64,000 nt of DNA from an uncultured virus (IMG/VR IMGVR_UViG_3300042344_000419). Its lineage: Duplodnaviria; Heunggongvirae; Uroviricota; Caudoviricetes. The translations under genes and the position numbers were made by a program. Within the stretch, counting starts at the first letter, position 1. Every line of letters begins with the position of its first letter. The notes beneath the pieces were generated by a model that was not told the origin of the DNA, made no database searches, and saw only the letters and a list, made by a program, of their open reading frames with translations. Shown one piece after another: positions 38,192-47,032 of the stretch. The stretch lies in the IMG/VR virus record IMGVR_UViG_3300042344_000419, one strand, 5' to 3'.

Positions 38192-38244
38192 ATAATATCC
38201 TCCTTTAATAACGAAACATAATAGGAAATCAATACACAAAACAT

Positions 38245-38739
38245 ATGGGCTTAGGTACGCAATCTCCTGGTGATCAGAAACTTCAGACTCTCTTTGGTAA
38301 GGGAGCCTTATCTGGCAAGACGGGTCTTATTGTCCAGGCCGCTTCTACGGCTGGGATAAGCCCCGAACTTTTTGCGGCTGTCATTGCCCACGAAACTGGT
38401 CGAGGGACAAGCAACGCTATTCAAAACTACAACAACCCCGCTGGGATTATGGATCCTAAAAGTAAATGGACTAAACTTAAGAAGTTTGATTCGTTGGGTG
38501 AGGGGTTGCTTTATTCGGCTAAGAACCTTAAGCGAAGGCTTGATCAGGTTGGTGGCGATGTGGATAAACTAGCTGATGTCTATGCCCCGAAAGGCGCGGC
38601 CAACGACCCAACAGGTTTGAACAACAACTGGTTGTCGGGGGTCAACAAATTCTACAGCGAACTTGCAGCCAAAGAAACGCCTTCGGCCAATGTCGAGCAA
38701 GGTAGTAAGCCAGAACTAGCATCAACAGCCGCAAAATAA
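38245..38739 (+). CDS. glucosaminidase/lysozyme-like peptidoglycan hydrolase
   Basis: AAVIAHETGRGTS..YNNPAGI..YAPKGAANDP..W motifs. Confidence 0.75.
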   Translation: MGLGTQSPGDQKLQTLFGKGALSGKTGLIVQAASTAGISPELFAAVIAHETGRGTSNAIQNYNNPAGIMDPKSKWTKLKKFDSLGEGLLYSAKNLKRRLDQVGGDVDKLADVYAPKGAANDPTGLNNNWLSGVNKFYSELAAKETPSANVEQGSKPELASTAAK

Positions 38740-38769
38740 TAACTGGCGATAATATCGCCAGAAGAAAAA

Positions 38770-39060
38770 CTAGTCGTGCCATTTGATGGTTAGCTCAATG
38801 CCATCACCATTAAAATCTGGATCTGCCCATAGTTCGAAAGATTGATGCTTTTTGCATAAATCAATAAACTCTGACAAAGCCTTACGACTCACCTGGAACG
38901 ACCCGTTGCCATCAAGAACAGCGGCACCGAGGAAAAACTTTAAAAGCTTTGTCCCAGCGTCGCTTGCCCCGTTGAGAAGGACAAGATTAACTTCTTCTTC
39001 CTCTTCGCCTTCGTCGTCCTCCCTAGGGCTAACTTCATCTATATCGTCGTATTCGTCCAC
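38770..39060 (-). CDS. acidic hypothetical protein
   Basis: Asp/Glu-rich N-terminus; GTG start. Confidence 0.55.
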   Translation of the reverse strand: MDEYDDIDEVSPREDDEGEEEEEVNLVLLNGASDAGTKLLKFFLGAAVLDGNGSFQVSRKALSEFIDLCKKHQSFELWADPDFNGDGIELTIKWHD

Positions 39061-39103
39061 CAAACAAGGTTGAGTCTATAGCAAAGTGTGTCAAGATACC
39101 CAA

Positions 39104-39442
39104 GTGAGATTAAAAGATAAAAGAATAACACCGCCAACTGGATTCTTCTATAAAGACCACGATACCAAAGCAATTATTACTGCTGTCACATTTGATGAGT
39201 TGTTAGCGAATGTAAATCGCCACCGCCACCTAAACGGACTTGTCCTGAACGGAAACCAAGAGCAGATGATACACGATCAGATCTGCGACAAAATTGATAA
39301 GAGCTTATGTGAAGGTGTTGGGTTAGGGGACATCGTTCATACCTTTGCCCAACCTATTGCAAAAGCTATCGACCAAGTCGCTGGCACAAACATCCAAAGT
39401 TGTGGAGCTTGTGCCAAGCGACGGGCGATGCTCAACTCCTAA
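39104..39442 (+). CDS. Cys-containing hypothetical protein
   Basis: ..GLGDIVH..IAKAID..CGACAKRRAMLN. Confidence 0.6.
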   Translation: MRLKDKRITPPTGFFYKDHDTKAIITAVTFDELLANVNRHRHLNGLVLNGNQEQMIHDQICDKIDKSLCEGVGLGDIVHTFAQPIAKAIDQVAGTNIQSCGACAKRRAMLNS

Positions 39443-39444
39443 AT

Positions 39445-39753
39445 CTAAGGTTCAATAACTGGAGTTACATCGAAGGGAGCGGTAAACTCAATCGGTGTGA
39501 TTAGGCTTGGAGTCAAAAGAAGTAGGGTGCTTGCCTTTAGGCCAACACCATAATCGTTTGATACGCTACCCAAGAAGTCAGGACTCCCAATAGGTCCGTA
39601 ATCATTGTTGGGTGAATTGAGGAACTCTGGCGAACCCCAAGGTCCGTAGTCATTAGCTGTTGAATACAGCAGATCAGGGTTAGCAGAGATCAAAATCTCT
39701 TGAGCCCCCAGCGGGCTGGCAAGAGACGCTATCATCAAAAGAATCTTTACCAT
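39445..39753 (-). CDS. small secreted protein with NDYGP repeats
   Basis: signal peptide; three 16-aa units starting NDYG. Confidence 0.6.
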   Translation of the reverse strand: MVKILLMIASLASPLGAQEILISANPDLLYSTANDYGPWGSPEFLNSPNNDYGPIGSPDFLGSVSNDYGVGLKASTLLLLTPSLITPIEFTAPFDVTPVIEP

Positions 39754-39980
39754 TGGTTCTCCTTTCCTTCATTGAAGATATCCTCCCACGATACAGGTAG
39801 GGTCTTCTCTTTGGTCGGCCACTCCCGATCGATCTCGAGCTGTAACCAATCCATACAAACTCCAGCAGATTCTACGGCACATTCCTTGTGGCCGTGTTCG
39901 CAAACGTGGGTGGCAGGTTCATCCGCTCCCCACATCCAGTAACCTAGTTTGTCTTCTCTAGTCTTTAGTTCTTCTTTCAA
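39747..39980 (-). CDS. hypothetical protein
   Basis: ORF in tightly packed - strand operon. Confidence 0.55.
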   Translation of the reverse strand: MKEELKTREDKLGYWMWGADEPATHVCEHGHKECAVESAGVCMDWLQLEIDREWPTKEKTLPVSWEDIFNEGKENQW

Positions 39981-39981
39981 G

Positions 39982-40362
39982 TTATCCTTTCGTTAACGGG
40001 TCTTGTCCAAACGCAACGACCATATCGTACCAGAATTGGCAGTAAGCGTTGAGCTTATGCTTCTGGTGTTTGGACTCCCCAATCATTCCCTTAAAGCTGG
40101 TGTAATCCACGGAGTTGCCAAGCCTTGCCAACACCTTGGGCAAGTCAGTTGGGTGAATGAAGATGCGGTAAGTATAATCCACATCTTCACGCATTGAGAT
40201 CTCGGGGGTGATCTTGAGGGATAATCCCCGGATCTCATTGATCAATCTCTTCATATCGTCTTCGCTTCGTCCACGAACATGAATCACGGATTCATACTCT
40301 GGGAACTGATAAGCTTTCTTGTTCGACATCGAATAGAAACCGAACTTGGTTGCTATCCACAT
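39982..40362 (-). CDS. hypothetical phage protein (MWI.T..GFYS type)
   Basis: MWIATKFGFYS..VRGR..DYTYR..DYTSFK. Confidence 0.65.
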   Translation of the reverse strand: MWIATKFGFYSMSNKKAYQFPEYESVIHVRGRSEDDMKRLINEIRGLSLKITPEISMREDVDYTYRIFIHPTDLPKVLARLGNSVDYTSFKGMIGESKHQKHKLNAYCQFWYDMVVAFGQDPLTKG

Positions 40363-41969
40363 ATTGAGGCCTCCTTAATTTTGTTGCCGATCCATTCCAT
40401 ACAGGGAACTGCCATCGAATTCCCTAACGCTTTGTAGCGTGGACCGTCGGGGCATTGATCGGCTGGCTTACCCCTCCAAGGAATTAGTGTATGCTCATCT
40501 GGAAATCCTTGCAAACGCTCGCACTCTTTGGGAGTGAGGCGGCGGACTGCCATTCTGTCTGCTGGATTAATCACACCTCCCGTATGATTAATGTCAGAGG
40601 CAGAGGATGAAAGTGTCTGCGAAGTATGATTGATTGTCTTGTTGTAACAATCGACCGCAACAGCCACTTGGTTATCCCCCATATCCTTCCGTAAGGTGGG
40701 GGACATCTCCTTTACGAATCTGCTTTCGTTACCCTCTCTGGATGCAATCCCAGGTTCAAAGGCAATTGCCTCTTGGACAAGTGGGACATTCCCACCGCCT
40801 GTTCCGTACCTTGAAACACAAGACGGGGCAACATCGAGGGGTCCAGTAACTCGAGAGTCATTGGGGTGATTCTCATATAGGACTGCATGCTTGTCGCCCT
40901 TGGTCAGGGTGGGGCAGGGGTCACCTGGTTTACCAATACCTAGCCCGTTACCTTTGCCGTCTTGCTTGTCGCCACGCTTGCCAGCATTTCGGGTGGCTTG
41001 GTCGTGGATAGGGATAGCAACGGCATGGGGTCCTCGGGCTACTAGTGAATCCATTGTTTCGCTATGGGCGATATGGGGTTTGTATTGTGCGTTCTGCCCT
41101 TGGTTAAAGGCAGCACGATCAATCACAATAGGGGAAGCAACCAAGTCGGTGGCATCCTTGTAATCCCTAGCCTTCATCGTGGATGCCGAGCCGTCATCGG
41201 AGTATTCCCCGAAGGCTTGCATCCTGAAAGCCGTGGCTTCAAGAACAGCATTAACTTGCTGGGTTACTTCGCTTGATTGGGGGCTTCGGCTTGGGTCGTT
41301 ACTAGCTGTAAGGCTTGGCGCAACATGGGTGGTAGTTCTTTCCCTCGCTTCTCGGCTCGGCGCAGTATCCCTGCGCAAGCCTTCCCACTCAAATAGAACC
41401 TTGGCTGGATCTCCTTGGTCTCGAGGACATGCGACAAGGAAACAACGCTTGCGTCGTTGGGCCACACCGAAATATTGGGCGTCGAGGCATCGCCAAGCGA
41501 TTGACCTTTTGGGACCATACACACAACCTGCGTCTGCCCATTTTTCCCCTGGCGGTTTGAGCTCACCATCTTCCCCGGCAAGTGCTCCCAGAAAGCAACC
41601 GAACCCGTTGTCCCTTGAGGAAAGGACACCGGGCACGTTCTCCCAGAGGATCCACTTTGGGTTGAAGTGATCTGCGATGTTGACGAAGGTGAGTGAGAGA
41701 CCGCCTCTTGGGTCGGCCAATCCTTTCCTGAGTCCTGCGACGCTGAAGGCTTGGCAGGGTGTTCCTCCGACCAAAACGTCAATTGGTTCTTCGAATTTCC
41801 ATGATTCATATTTAGTCATATCTCCTAGGTTAGGAACCTCTGGCCAGTGGTGATTCAGCACCGCTGACGGGAATGGTTCGATTTCTGAAAAGGCGACGGG
41901 CTTCCACCCAAGTTTCTCCCAGGCAACGGAGGTCGCCTCAATGCCTGAACAAACAGACAAGTATCTCAT
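40353..41969 (-). CDS. DNA (cytosine-5)-methyltransferase
   Basis: motifs I (SVCSGI), IV (GTPCQAFS), VI (ENVPG), VIII (QRRKR), IX (RRLTPKECERLQGFP), X (YKALGNS). Confidence 0.95.
   Translation of the reverse strand: MRYLSVCSGIEATSVAWEKLGWKPVAFSEIEPFPSAVLNHHWPEVPNLGDMTKYESWKFEEPIDVLVGGTPCQAFSVAGLRKGLADPRGGLSLTFVNIADHFNPKWILWENVPGVLSSRDNGFGCFLGALAGEDGELKPPGEKWADAGCVYGPKRSIAWRCLDAQYFGVAQRRKRCFLVACPRDQGDPAKVLFEWEGLRRDTAPSREARERTTTHVAPSLTASNDPSRSPQSSEVTQQVNAVLEATAFRMQAFGEYSDDGSASTMKARDYKDATDLVASPIVIDRAAFNQGQNAQYKPHIAHSETMDSLVARGPHAVAIPIHDQATRNAGKRGDKQDGKGNGLGIGKPGDPCPTLTKGDKHAVLYENHPNDSRVTGPLDVAPSCVSRYGTGGGNVPLVQEAIAFEPGIASREGNESRFVKEMSPTLRKDMGDNQVAVAVDCYNKTINHTSQTLSSSASDINHTGGVINPADRMAVRRLTPKECERLQGFPDEHTLIPWRGKPADQCPDGPRYKALGNSMAVPCMEWIGNKIKEASICG
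41264..41809 (-). CDS. alternative-frame ORF nested in the methyltransferase (possible second subunit)
   Basis: 181 aa, same strand; ends SLSHVLET..RFYLSGKACAGILRRAEKRGKELP. Confidence 0.5.
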   Translation of the reverse strand: MNHGNSKNQLTFWSEEHPAKPSASQDSGKDWPTQEAVSHSPSSTSQITSTQSGSSGRTCPVSFPQGTTGSVAFWEHLPGKMVSSNRQGKNGQTQVVCMVPKGQSLGDASTPNISVWPNDASVVSLSHVLETKEIQPRFYLSGKACAGILRRAEKRGKELPPMLRQALQLVTTQAEAPNQAK

Positions 41970-42691
41970 GCGGTTACTGCCTTTCTGGAGTAGCCAGTAA
42001 AGCCACTCTTCTTTCGTAGTAAGCTCCTAGCCTTGGATGCTTCCGACCCAGCGGGCTGTGTCCCGTGGATCAAGAGAGCAAACGATTTCTCGTTGGGTCC
42101 GTAGGCAAGGCTGTCATCGTGATCGATCTCAAGGCCGCGGATGTTTGCGTCCTCCTCGCTGAAGGCCACATACGAAGTCTTGAGATTGTGCTTAATGGCT
42201 AGGTCATCGTGAGTTCCGCCAAGGCTGGCAGTCAGCCGAATGTTTGACGGCAATTTGTCAAGACGAGCCAACCAAAAAGGAATCGATTTGGTGTAAGCGT
42301 AAAACAAAACGTGAGGGTTTCTGTTGGCAACTTCAAGCCAAGCATCGAAATACGCTTGGCTAAAAAAGTCTCCGCCTTCGTGAATCCGAACACGCTTGGC
42401 TTTCTTAGGAAGTGCCGATGAAAGTAGGTCGGCCATCTCAAGGGTAGTCTTGTGATGCAATGCGGCGAAGTTAGCCCACCGCATCTTCCTTGCGTTCTCG
42501 TATTGGCTTTCGCCAGAAGCAGAGAAGCAACGGAACTTTGTATGCGGTCCGTCAGTAATCTTGCCAGTAACGGGGTGAGCCTTCGACAAACACTCTTTAG
42601 CGCAAGGGCAAGTATGCCCAGCGGGGAGATTGAAGATGTGCGTACCCTTAAGCTTGGCATTACCTTTGACGAACCTTGGAAGGTTACTCAT
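41966..42691 (-). CDS. GP88-family protein (radical-SAM-like Cys motif)
   Basis: FNLPAGHTCP..C..C; RIHEGGDF; FYAYTK. Confidence 0.7.
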   Translation of the reverse strand: MSNLPRFVKGNAKLKGTHIFNLPAGHTCPCAKECLSKAHPVTGKITDGPHTKFRCFSASGESQYENARKMRWANFAALHHKTTLEMADLLSSALPKKAKRVRIHEGGDFFSQAYFDAWLEVANRNPHVLFYAYTKSIPFWLARLDKLPSNIRLTASLGGTHDDLAIKHNLKTSYVAFSEEDANIRGLEIDHDDSLAYGPNEKSFALLIHGTQPAGSEASKARSLLRKKSGFTGYSRKAVTA

Positions 42692-43008
42692 AAGGAGGGG
42701 ACTTGCTGAACACGAAACGTTGGGAAGGTTGCTTCTGTGTAGCACCCATCCACGAGGGTGGCGGGTTCTTTGACACCGACGGCTGAGAGAACATTGATCA
42801 ATTTATAAACGTCTAATGTCCTCTTCATTCCATCGGATGCCTTAACGATCCACGAGTTACCCTCGAAGAGGCGGTTGCCCGTCTCCTGGTAGGTAAGCTT
42901 GAGGATGGGGAGCACTGCTTCCCGTACTTTCTCTGCTTGGTTTCTCTTGGCGGTTGCTTCGCCAAACGTGTCGATCTGTTCCGTGGTTAACGGAATTATA
43001 GATTTCAT
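42688..43008 (-). CDS. hypothetical protein
   Basis: SD AAGGA, coupled to downstream gene. Confidence 0.6.
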   Translation of the reverse strand: MKSIIPLTTEQIDTFGEATAKRNQAEKVREAVLPILKLTYQETGNRLFEGNSWIVKASDGMKRTLDVYKLINVLSAVGVKEPATLVDGCYTEATFPTFRVQQVPSL

Positions 43009-43027
43009 TGTAGTGTCCTTTCTTTGG

Positions 43028-43516
43028 TTAGGCGGCAAGGCGTAGGCGATGAGGCTTCTGCCTCATGTGTCTCTTACGACCTAGGAATAATTGGATATCC
43101 CTTGGCTGTTCCTTGCTCTTGGGTTTCTTGCAAACGGATGCGGTGAAGTTCTTTAGCTTGGCGTGTCGAACGGTGTGGGTGTTGACGCCCCACTTCCTTG
43201 CAATCTCGGAGATGGGTTTGCCAGCCTTGTACATTTCCTCCCACTCTTTCCATCGTTTCGATACGCTTGCCACATCCCGGTAATACGTCTCCGAACCCTT
43301 GCCGTTGACAAAGGTTGTATGAGATGTCCGTACCTTGAGATGCTCGGCAAGTTCCTTGGCCAGATCCTCAGTAACTTTTCGGTAGCTGGCCAAGTCTTGT
43401 TCGGTTTTAAGAACAAGGTTGGTGAGGGTGGATAGAGTACCTCGGAGTTGGTCGATCTCGTTCTTGAGAATCGGTACTTCCGATTGTTCTACTAGTTTCT
43501 TTAGTTCTTCTTTCAT
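43028..43516 (-). CDS. coiled-coil + HTH protein
   Basis: ..MYKAGKPISEIARKWGVNTHTVRHA. Confidence 0.6.
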   Translation of the reverse strand: MKEELKKLVEQSEVPILKNEIDQLRGTLSTLTNLVLKTEQDLASYRKVTEDLAKELAEHLKVRTSHTTFVNGKGSETYYRDVASVSKRWKEWEEMYKAGKPISEIARKWGVNTHTVRHAKLKNFTASVCKKPKSKEQPRDIQLFLGRKRHMRQKPHRLRLAA

Positions 43517-43725
43517 TGTTGGTATTGGAGAACGCTGATTGGAGACTCAGATGCAATTACTGCTTCCAAGTAAATGTCACGTTCACCTTCTTTGAAGTCG
43601 CAGTCTTCCATAGTCATCTTTCTGAATAGGTCGACGGCTTCCTTCTCTGTCTTGTCGGTCAGCTTGAGATAATCATTCTCGCTGTCTGAAGCACGACCGA
43701 TAATTAATATGTGTTTATGTTTCAT
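43513..43725 (-). CDS. small early protein
   Basis: ATGA-coupled ORF. Confidence 0.55.
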   Translation of the reverse strand: MKHKHILIIGRASDSENDYLKLTDKTEKEAVDLFRKMTMEDCDFKEGERDIYLEAVIASESPISVLQYQQ

Positions 43726-43916
43726 TCAGTTGCCTTCTTCGTTGGCCTAAGACGTTCAAGTAGATCTATAGTTCCTTGGTAATACCCAACGTCATAACTT
43801 CCTTGGCAGGTGCTATACCTTGTTCCTTCGGTAGCCTCTAAGTAGTCCTGAGCCTTTATCAGCTTGGACTTATATATCTTTATTAACGTGTTTATTCCTA
43901 AGCCTCTCTTTCTCAT
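43722..43916 (-). CDS. small early protein
   Basis: SD-led ORF coupled to neighbour. Confidence 0.5.
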   Translation of the reverse strand: MRKRGLGINTLIKIYKSKLIKAQDYLEATEGTRYSTCQGSYDVGYYQGTIDLLERLRPTKKATE

Positions 43917-44115
43917 GTTGTTTCCTTTCTTTAGTTGTTGATTTGTCGACTCTTAATACTGATTCCCAGGGCAGAGTCGTGTGCCCGCACTTGTCGCATT
44001 TGTGCAACAAGAGATTGGGAATCCGTTTGCCAGCTATCTTGTAAACCTCTCTAACCTTTCGGTATCTGCCCTTACAAGGGCGTACGTTGTCCTCGAGGAA
44101 AGAGCGAACACACAT
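43870..44115 (-). CDS. small Cys-containing protein (zinc-ribbon-like)
   Basis: ..PCKG..KCDKCG. Confidence 0.45.
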   Translation of the reverse strand: MCVRSFLEDNVRPCKGRYRKVREVYKIAGKRIPNLLLHKCDKCGHTTLPWESVLRVDKSTTKERKQHEKERLRNKHVNKDI

Positions 44116-44438
44116 TAGGATTTCTCGGTGGCTATCTCTTCAGCTTTCTCTTGTGTCTTCTCGAACAACGCTTCCTGCGCTGCTTCGATCAGGGCGGGTG
44201 ATGGGTCGGTGAGGGGAGTGTCCGATCCAGCAGGGTAGATGTCGGGGGTAGTGAACTCGGCTTCTGAGTACTCACTTACCTCGACAACCTTGCTGTCGTA
44301 TTCACGATGTCCCCAGTATTCGTAGCTACCGATACCCACATCCTCTGATGTCGTGTTGTGGATGACTCCACCAATGGCTTGATACGAAGCCCCTTGGTAT
44401 CGGAAGTCAGCCTCTGCGTAATCGATGTCGACTCTCAT
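44115..44438 (-). CDS. acidic early protein
   Basis: SD GAAAGGA, ATG 44438; GIGSYEYWG motif. Confidence 0.6.
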   Translation of the reverse strand: MRVDIDYAEADFRYQGASYQAIGGVIHNTTSEDVGIGSYEYWGHREYDSKVVEVSEYSEAEFTTPDIYPAGSDTPLTDPSPALIEAAQEALFEKTQEKAEEIATEKS

Positions 44439-44512
44439 ATGGGTTATTCCTTTCGTGTGGTTATGTATGGTCCTGTCGTGACAAACAAATGTCAAGACAA
44501 ATGGTTTAGAAG

Positions 44513-44716
44513 TTATGCTTTCGGCATTGCTCCTTTTTCGCAATCGTGCACCCGGCAATTCTCTTCAATCTCGTCCCACTCGATTCTAGTGTTGTCACAA
44601 TCTTGTTCCCACATATGGTAGGCTTTGTCTTGTGCGAGTGTTTTGGACTCTGCTTCAACTTCAACGTAGGCGTAGAACTCAACAGTCTTACGCAATTCAA
44701 CTACATACTTTTCCAT
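44513..44716 (-). CDS. small early protein (VEVEAES..A motif)
   Basis: SD AAGGAGG before ATG 44716. Confidence 0.6.
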   Translation of the reverse strand: MEKYVVELRKTVEFYAYVEVEAESKTLAQDKAYHMWEQDCDNTRIEWDEIEENCRVHDCEKGAMPKA

Positions 44717-44730
44717 ACTCTTTCCTCCTT

Positions 44731-44943
44731 TCAATAAAGGTCGAAGTCACTCGGGGTATCAGATGGGACAACCCGGTAACCTCCACCAAGTTCTCTGTTC
44801 AACGCTTGGCATTCACCTTGGGCTTCTGCTTCGCTCTCGCAGAAATCATCAACGTATTTATCTGTGCCATCCACGTTCACCTTTAGGTCTGCCCATCCGT
44901 GGACGGCCTTGACCTGTATCTTCCAAAGTTTCTTGGTGGTCAT
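44731..44943 (-). CDS. small early protein
   Basis: ATGA-coupled. Confidence 0.55.
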   Translation of the reverse strand: MTTKKLWKIQVKAVHGWADLKVNVDGTDKYVDDFCESEAEAQGECQALNRELGGGYRVVPSDTPSDFDLY

Positions 44944-45098
44944 TCGCACCCTACTTCGCACTTGGATAGCTCGGTTACGCCATCCAACCGAATGATAATC
45001 TTGGCTTTCGCAAAGTTATGGTTGTCGGTGAGGTAGACAGCTCCACCCGTAGTTACGTGGCGATGTAGTGTTATCTTTGTAGGTATATTCTTTTTCAT
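44940..45098 (-). CDS. 52-aa early protein (not in ORF track)
   Basis: MKKNIPTKITL..; ATGA overlaps both sides. Confidence 0.5.
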   Translation of the reverse strand: MKKNIPTKITLHRHVTTGGAVYLTDNHNFAKAKIIIRLDGVTELSKCEVGCE

Positions 45099-45313
45099 TT
45101 GTTTCCTTTCTTGGGAACGATCCCAACTTTCTGCCCGAGGAAATCAATGTGGATGACATTCATGTTGTGCCTTTCGCACCACACTTGCATCCCCTCCTTG
45201 CTGAACCCAACGCTCAGCCTTGCCCAAGTTGCTGGGCTTTCTCCATCGGGCATACATTCAATGCACTTCTTACAATGGTAGAACCTTACGATGTCGGATG
45301 TTTCTTTTTTCAT
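45095..45313 (-). CDS. small Cys/His protein
   Basis: HCKKC..QVWCERH. Confidence 0.6.
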   Translation of the reverse strand: MKKETSDIVRFYHCKKCIECMPDGESPATWARLSVGFSKEGMQVWCERHNMNVIHIDFLGQKVGIVPKKGNK

Positions 45314-45456
45314 TTGTCTTTCTTTAGCTTGAGGAGTTCCTCCTTAAGCTTTTCGTTTTCAAGCCTCAACTTCTCGGACTTAAGGTCGTAGTATTCACGA
45401 GCACTTTCAGCCGCTACCTGCGACGACATCTGTGCCCGCCATTGGCCGAAGGTCAT
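45310..45456 (-). CDS. small coiled-coil protein
   Basis: ATGA-coupled from 45456. Confidence 0.5.
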   Translation of the reverse strand: MTFGQWRAQMSSQVAAESAREYYDLKSEKLRLENEKLKEELLKLKKDK

Positions 45457-45851
45457 ACATCCCACCCCGTGACCTTGATGTCCATCAGCTCGTCCATCTG
45501 TTCGGTGGTCGGCACGTTGTCCAACCACACCACGAGATCTCTGATCTCTTGGAGGGAAGACTTAGGGGAGATGGTTTCTCCCTCGTTCCCAGTGCCTACC
45601 ACTAGGGTTCGTCCAACCAGATGGGATTGGCTTGCACCCTTGAGGGTATAGCAACCAGCCAGTTCCATATAGTGGTCGCCCTTCAGCAATCCTTCGTCGT
45701 CGCATAGGGCAACGTCGTCACCCCGTATGCCGAAGGAAGTGATGCAGCTACACCCAAGCAGGGCGTAGATTTCTTGTAGCTCGAAGCCAGTCGTAGAGGT
45801 GTACTCGGTAACTGTCTTAGCTCTCGGGTCGATTAAGATTCCTTTAACCAT
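45453..45851 (-). CDS. DUF3846-like early protein
   Basis: GILIDP..LQEIYALLGC..CDDEGLL..LVGRTLVVG. Confidence 0.6.
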   Translation of the reverse strand: MVKGILIDPRAKTVTEYTSTTGFELQEIYALLGCSCITSFGIRGDDVALCDDEGLLKGDHYMELAGCYTLKGASQSHLVGRTLVVGTGNEGETISPKSSLQEIRDLVVWLDNVPTTEQMDELMDIKVTGWDV

Positions 45852-45852
45852 A

Positions 45853-46317
45853 TTAGTATTCTCCTTTCACCCCATACGCACTTCGCATTGGGTTGGTTTC
45901 TTGTATGTCCTCGGCAAACGTGTGGCGTTTGTCGTTAACTGAATCGTGTTGGTCGACTGACATAGACTGGTAGTCCCGACTTTCTTCGGGAAGTTTCTGC
46001 GTCTTACCCATCCAAGGTTGAGGACTTAGATTGCAGAACCAGTCTTGCATACTTGGGATTCTCCCAAGGTCTTCCGATACGTGTTGCTCTGCCACCCATC
46101 GTGTCGGCACTTTGCGTCCGTCACTATTGGTGATCGTATGACCGAAGATCCTCTCTGCCATAAAGCATCCCTCGGCGTGATGCCGTAGTGCCCTATGCCG
46201 GAAATCGGCCATCATCATCTTACTCTCGTCGAACCAATCGTGTATGGCTTGGTAGTCCTCTGCCTTGCCACCCCATTTCTTTGCCGAGCTGACTGCGTGG
46301 TGGTAGGGGTTAGCCAT
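45853..46317 (-). CDS. DUF6915-like His-rich protein
   Basis: PYHHAVSSAKKWGG..IHDWFDESK..HRALRHH..EQHV.ED. Confidence 0.7.
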   Translation of the reverse strand: MANPYHHAVSSAKKWGGKAEDYQAIHDWFDESKMMMADFRHRALRHHAEGCFMAERIFGHTITNSDGRKVPTRWVAEQHVSEDLGRIPSMQDWFCNLSPQPWMGKTQKLPEESRDYQSMSVDQHDSVNDKRHTFAEDIQETNPMRSAYGVKGEY

Positions 46318-46501
46318 TTGGCCACTCCGAAGTGTTGACCAAACCAAAGGCATCGAAGATCTCTTCGTCCCTGAGGTTGTTTAATCTCTTTCGCATTGCT
46401 GCGATCAGTTCTTCTTTGGGTGTGTTGTAAAAGTCTTCGTGACTATTCTCAACAGAAGCAACTAGATCGAAGTCGTGTATGAATCTTCGTGGTTTGTCCA
46501 T
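46310..46501 (-). CDS. small early protein
   Basis: coupled ORF. Confidence 0.55.
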   Translation of the reverse strand: MDKPRRFIHDFDLVASVENSHEDFYNTPKEELIAAMRKRLNNLRDEEIFDAFGLVNTSEWPNG

Positions 46502-47007
46502 TAGTAGGTCTCTTCGGTTGTCTCTACGGACTCGACCCGTTGGTTGAAGGTGAGGTCAATCTTGTTGCCTTTGCCGAAGTTGAATACGAATTCTCCGTAT
46601 GAACCTTCGTTGATCTCCCAGCCTCCGTGGTTAGCTTCAAGTAAGTCGTAACAAATCTGTTCGACTAACTCCTCGATGTTCGGGGATCTAGTGGTGGTGA
46701 CCCACTCCTTCTTGGTTTCACAGTAAGTTGTTGAGTCACGTATGGTCGCCTCTACAACTATGGTTTTCTTTATTGAGTCTACGTCACTAATCCGTTGCTT
46801 ACCCGCAAAGTAACGCACCTCATCTATCTGACCCGAATCCCCGCCACCAGAGAACTCTGCTTCTATTCGGGTGATTCCGAGTAGCTTAACGGCTGTGATT
46901 AGTGCGGCTTTGTTCAGCTCTGCACTAGTGGCTCGCTTCTTTCGATCGGCCGCCATCTGTTCCATAATACTTTTCATATCTACTTTATATGGTTTATGTT
47001 TGCTCAT
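46501..47007 (-). CDS. DUF6878-like protein
   Basis: FSGGGDSGQI..GWEINEGSYGEF; SD AAGGAG. Confidence 0.65.
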   Translation of the reverse strand: MSKHKPYKVDMKSIMEQMAADRKKRATSAELNKAALITAVKLLGITRIEAEFSGGGDSGQIDEVRYFAGKQRISDVDSIKKTIVVEATIRDSTTYCETKKEWVTTTRSPNIEELVEQICYDLLEANHGGWEINEGSYGEFVFNFGKGNKIDLTFNQRVESVETTEETY

Positions 47008-47032
47008 TGTTGTTTCTCCTTTTCTTTCTTGG

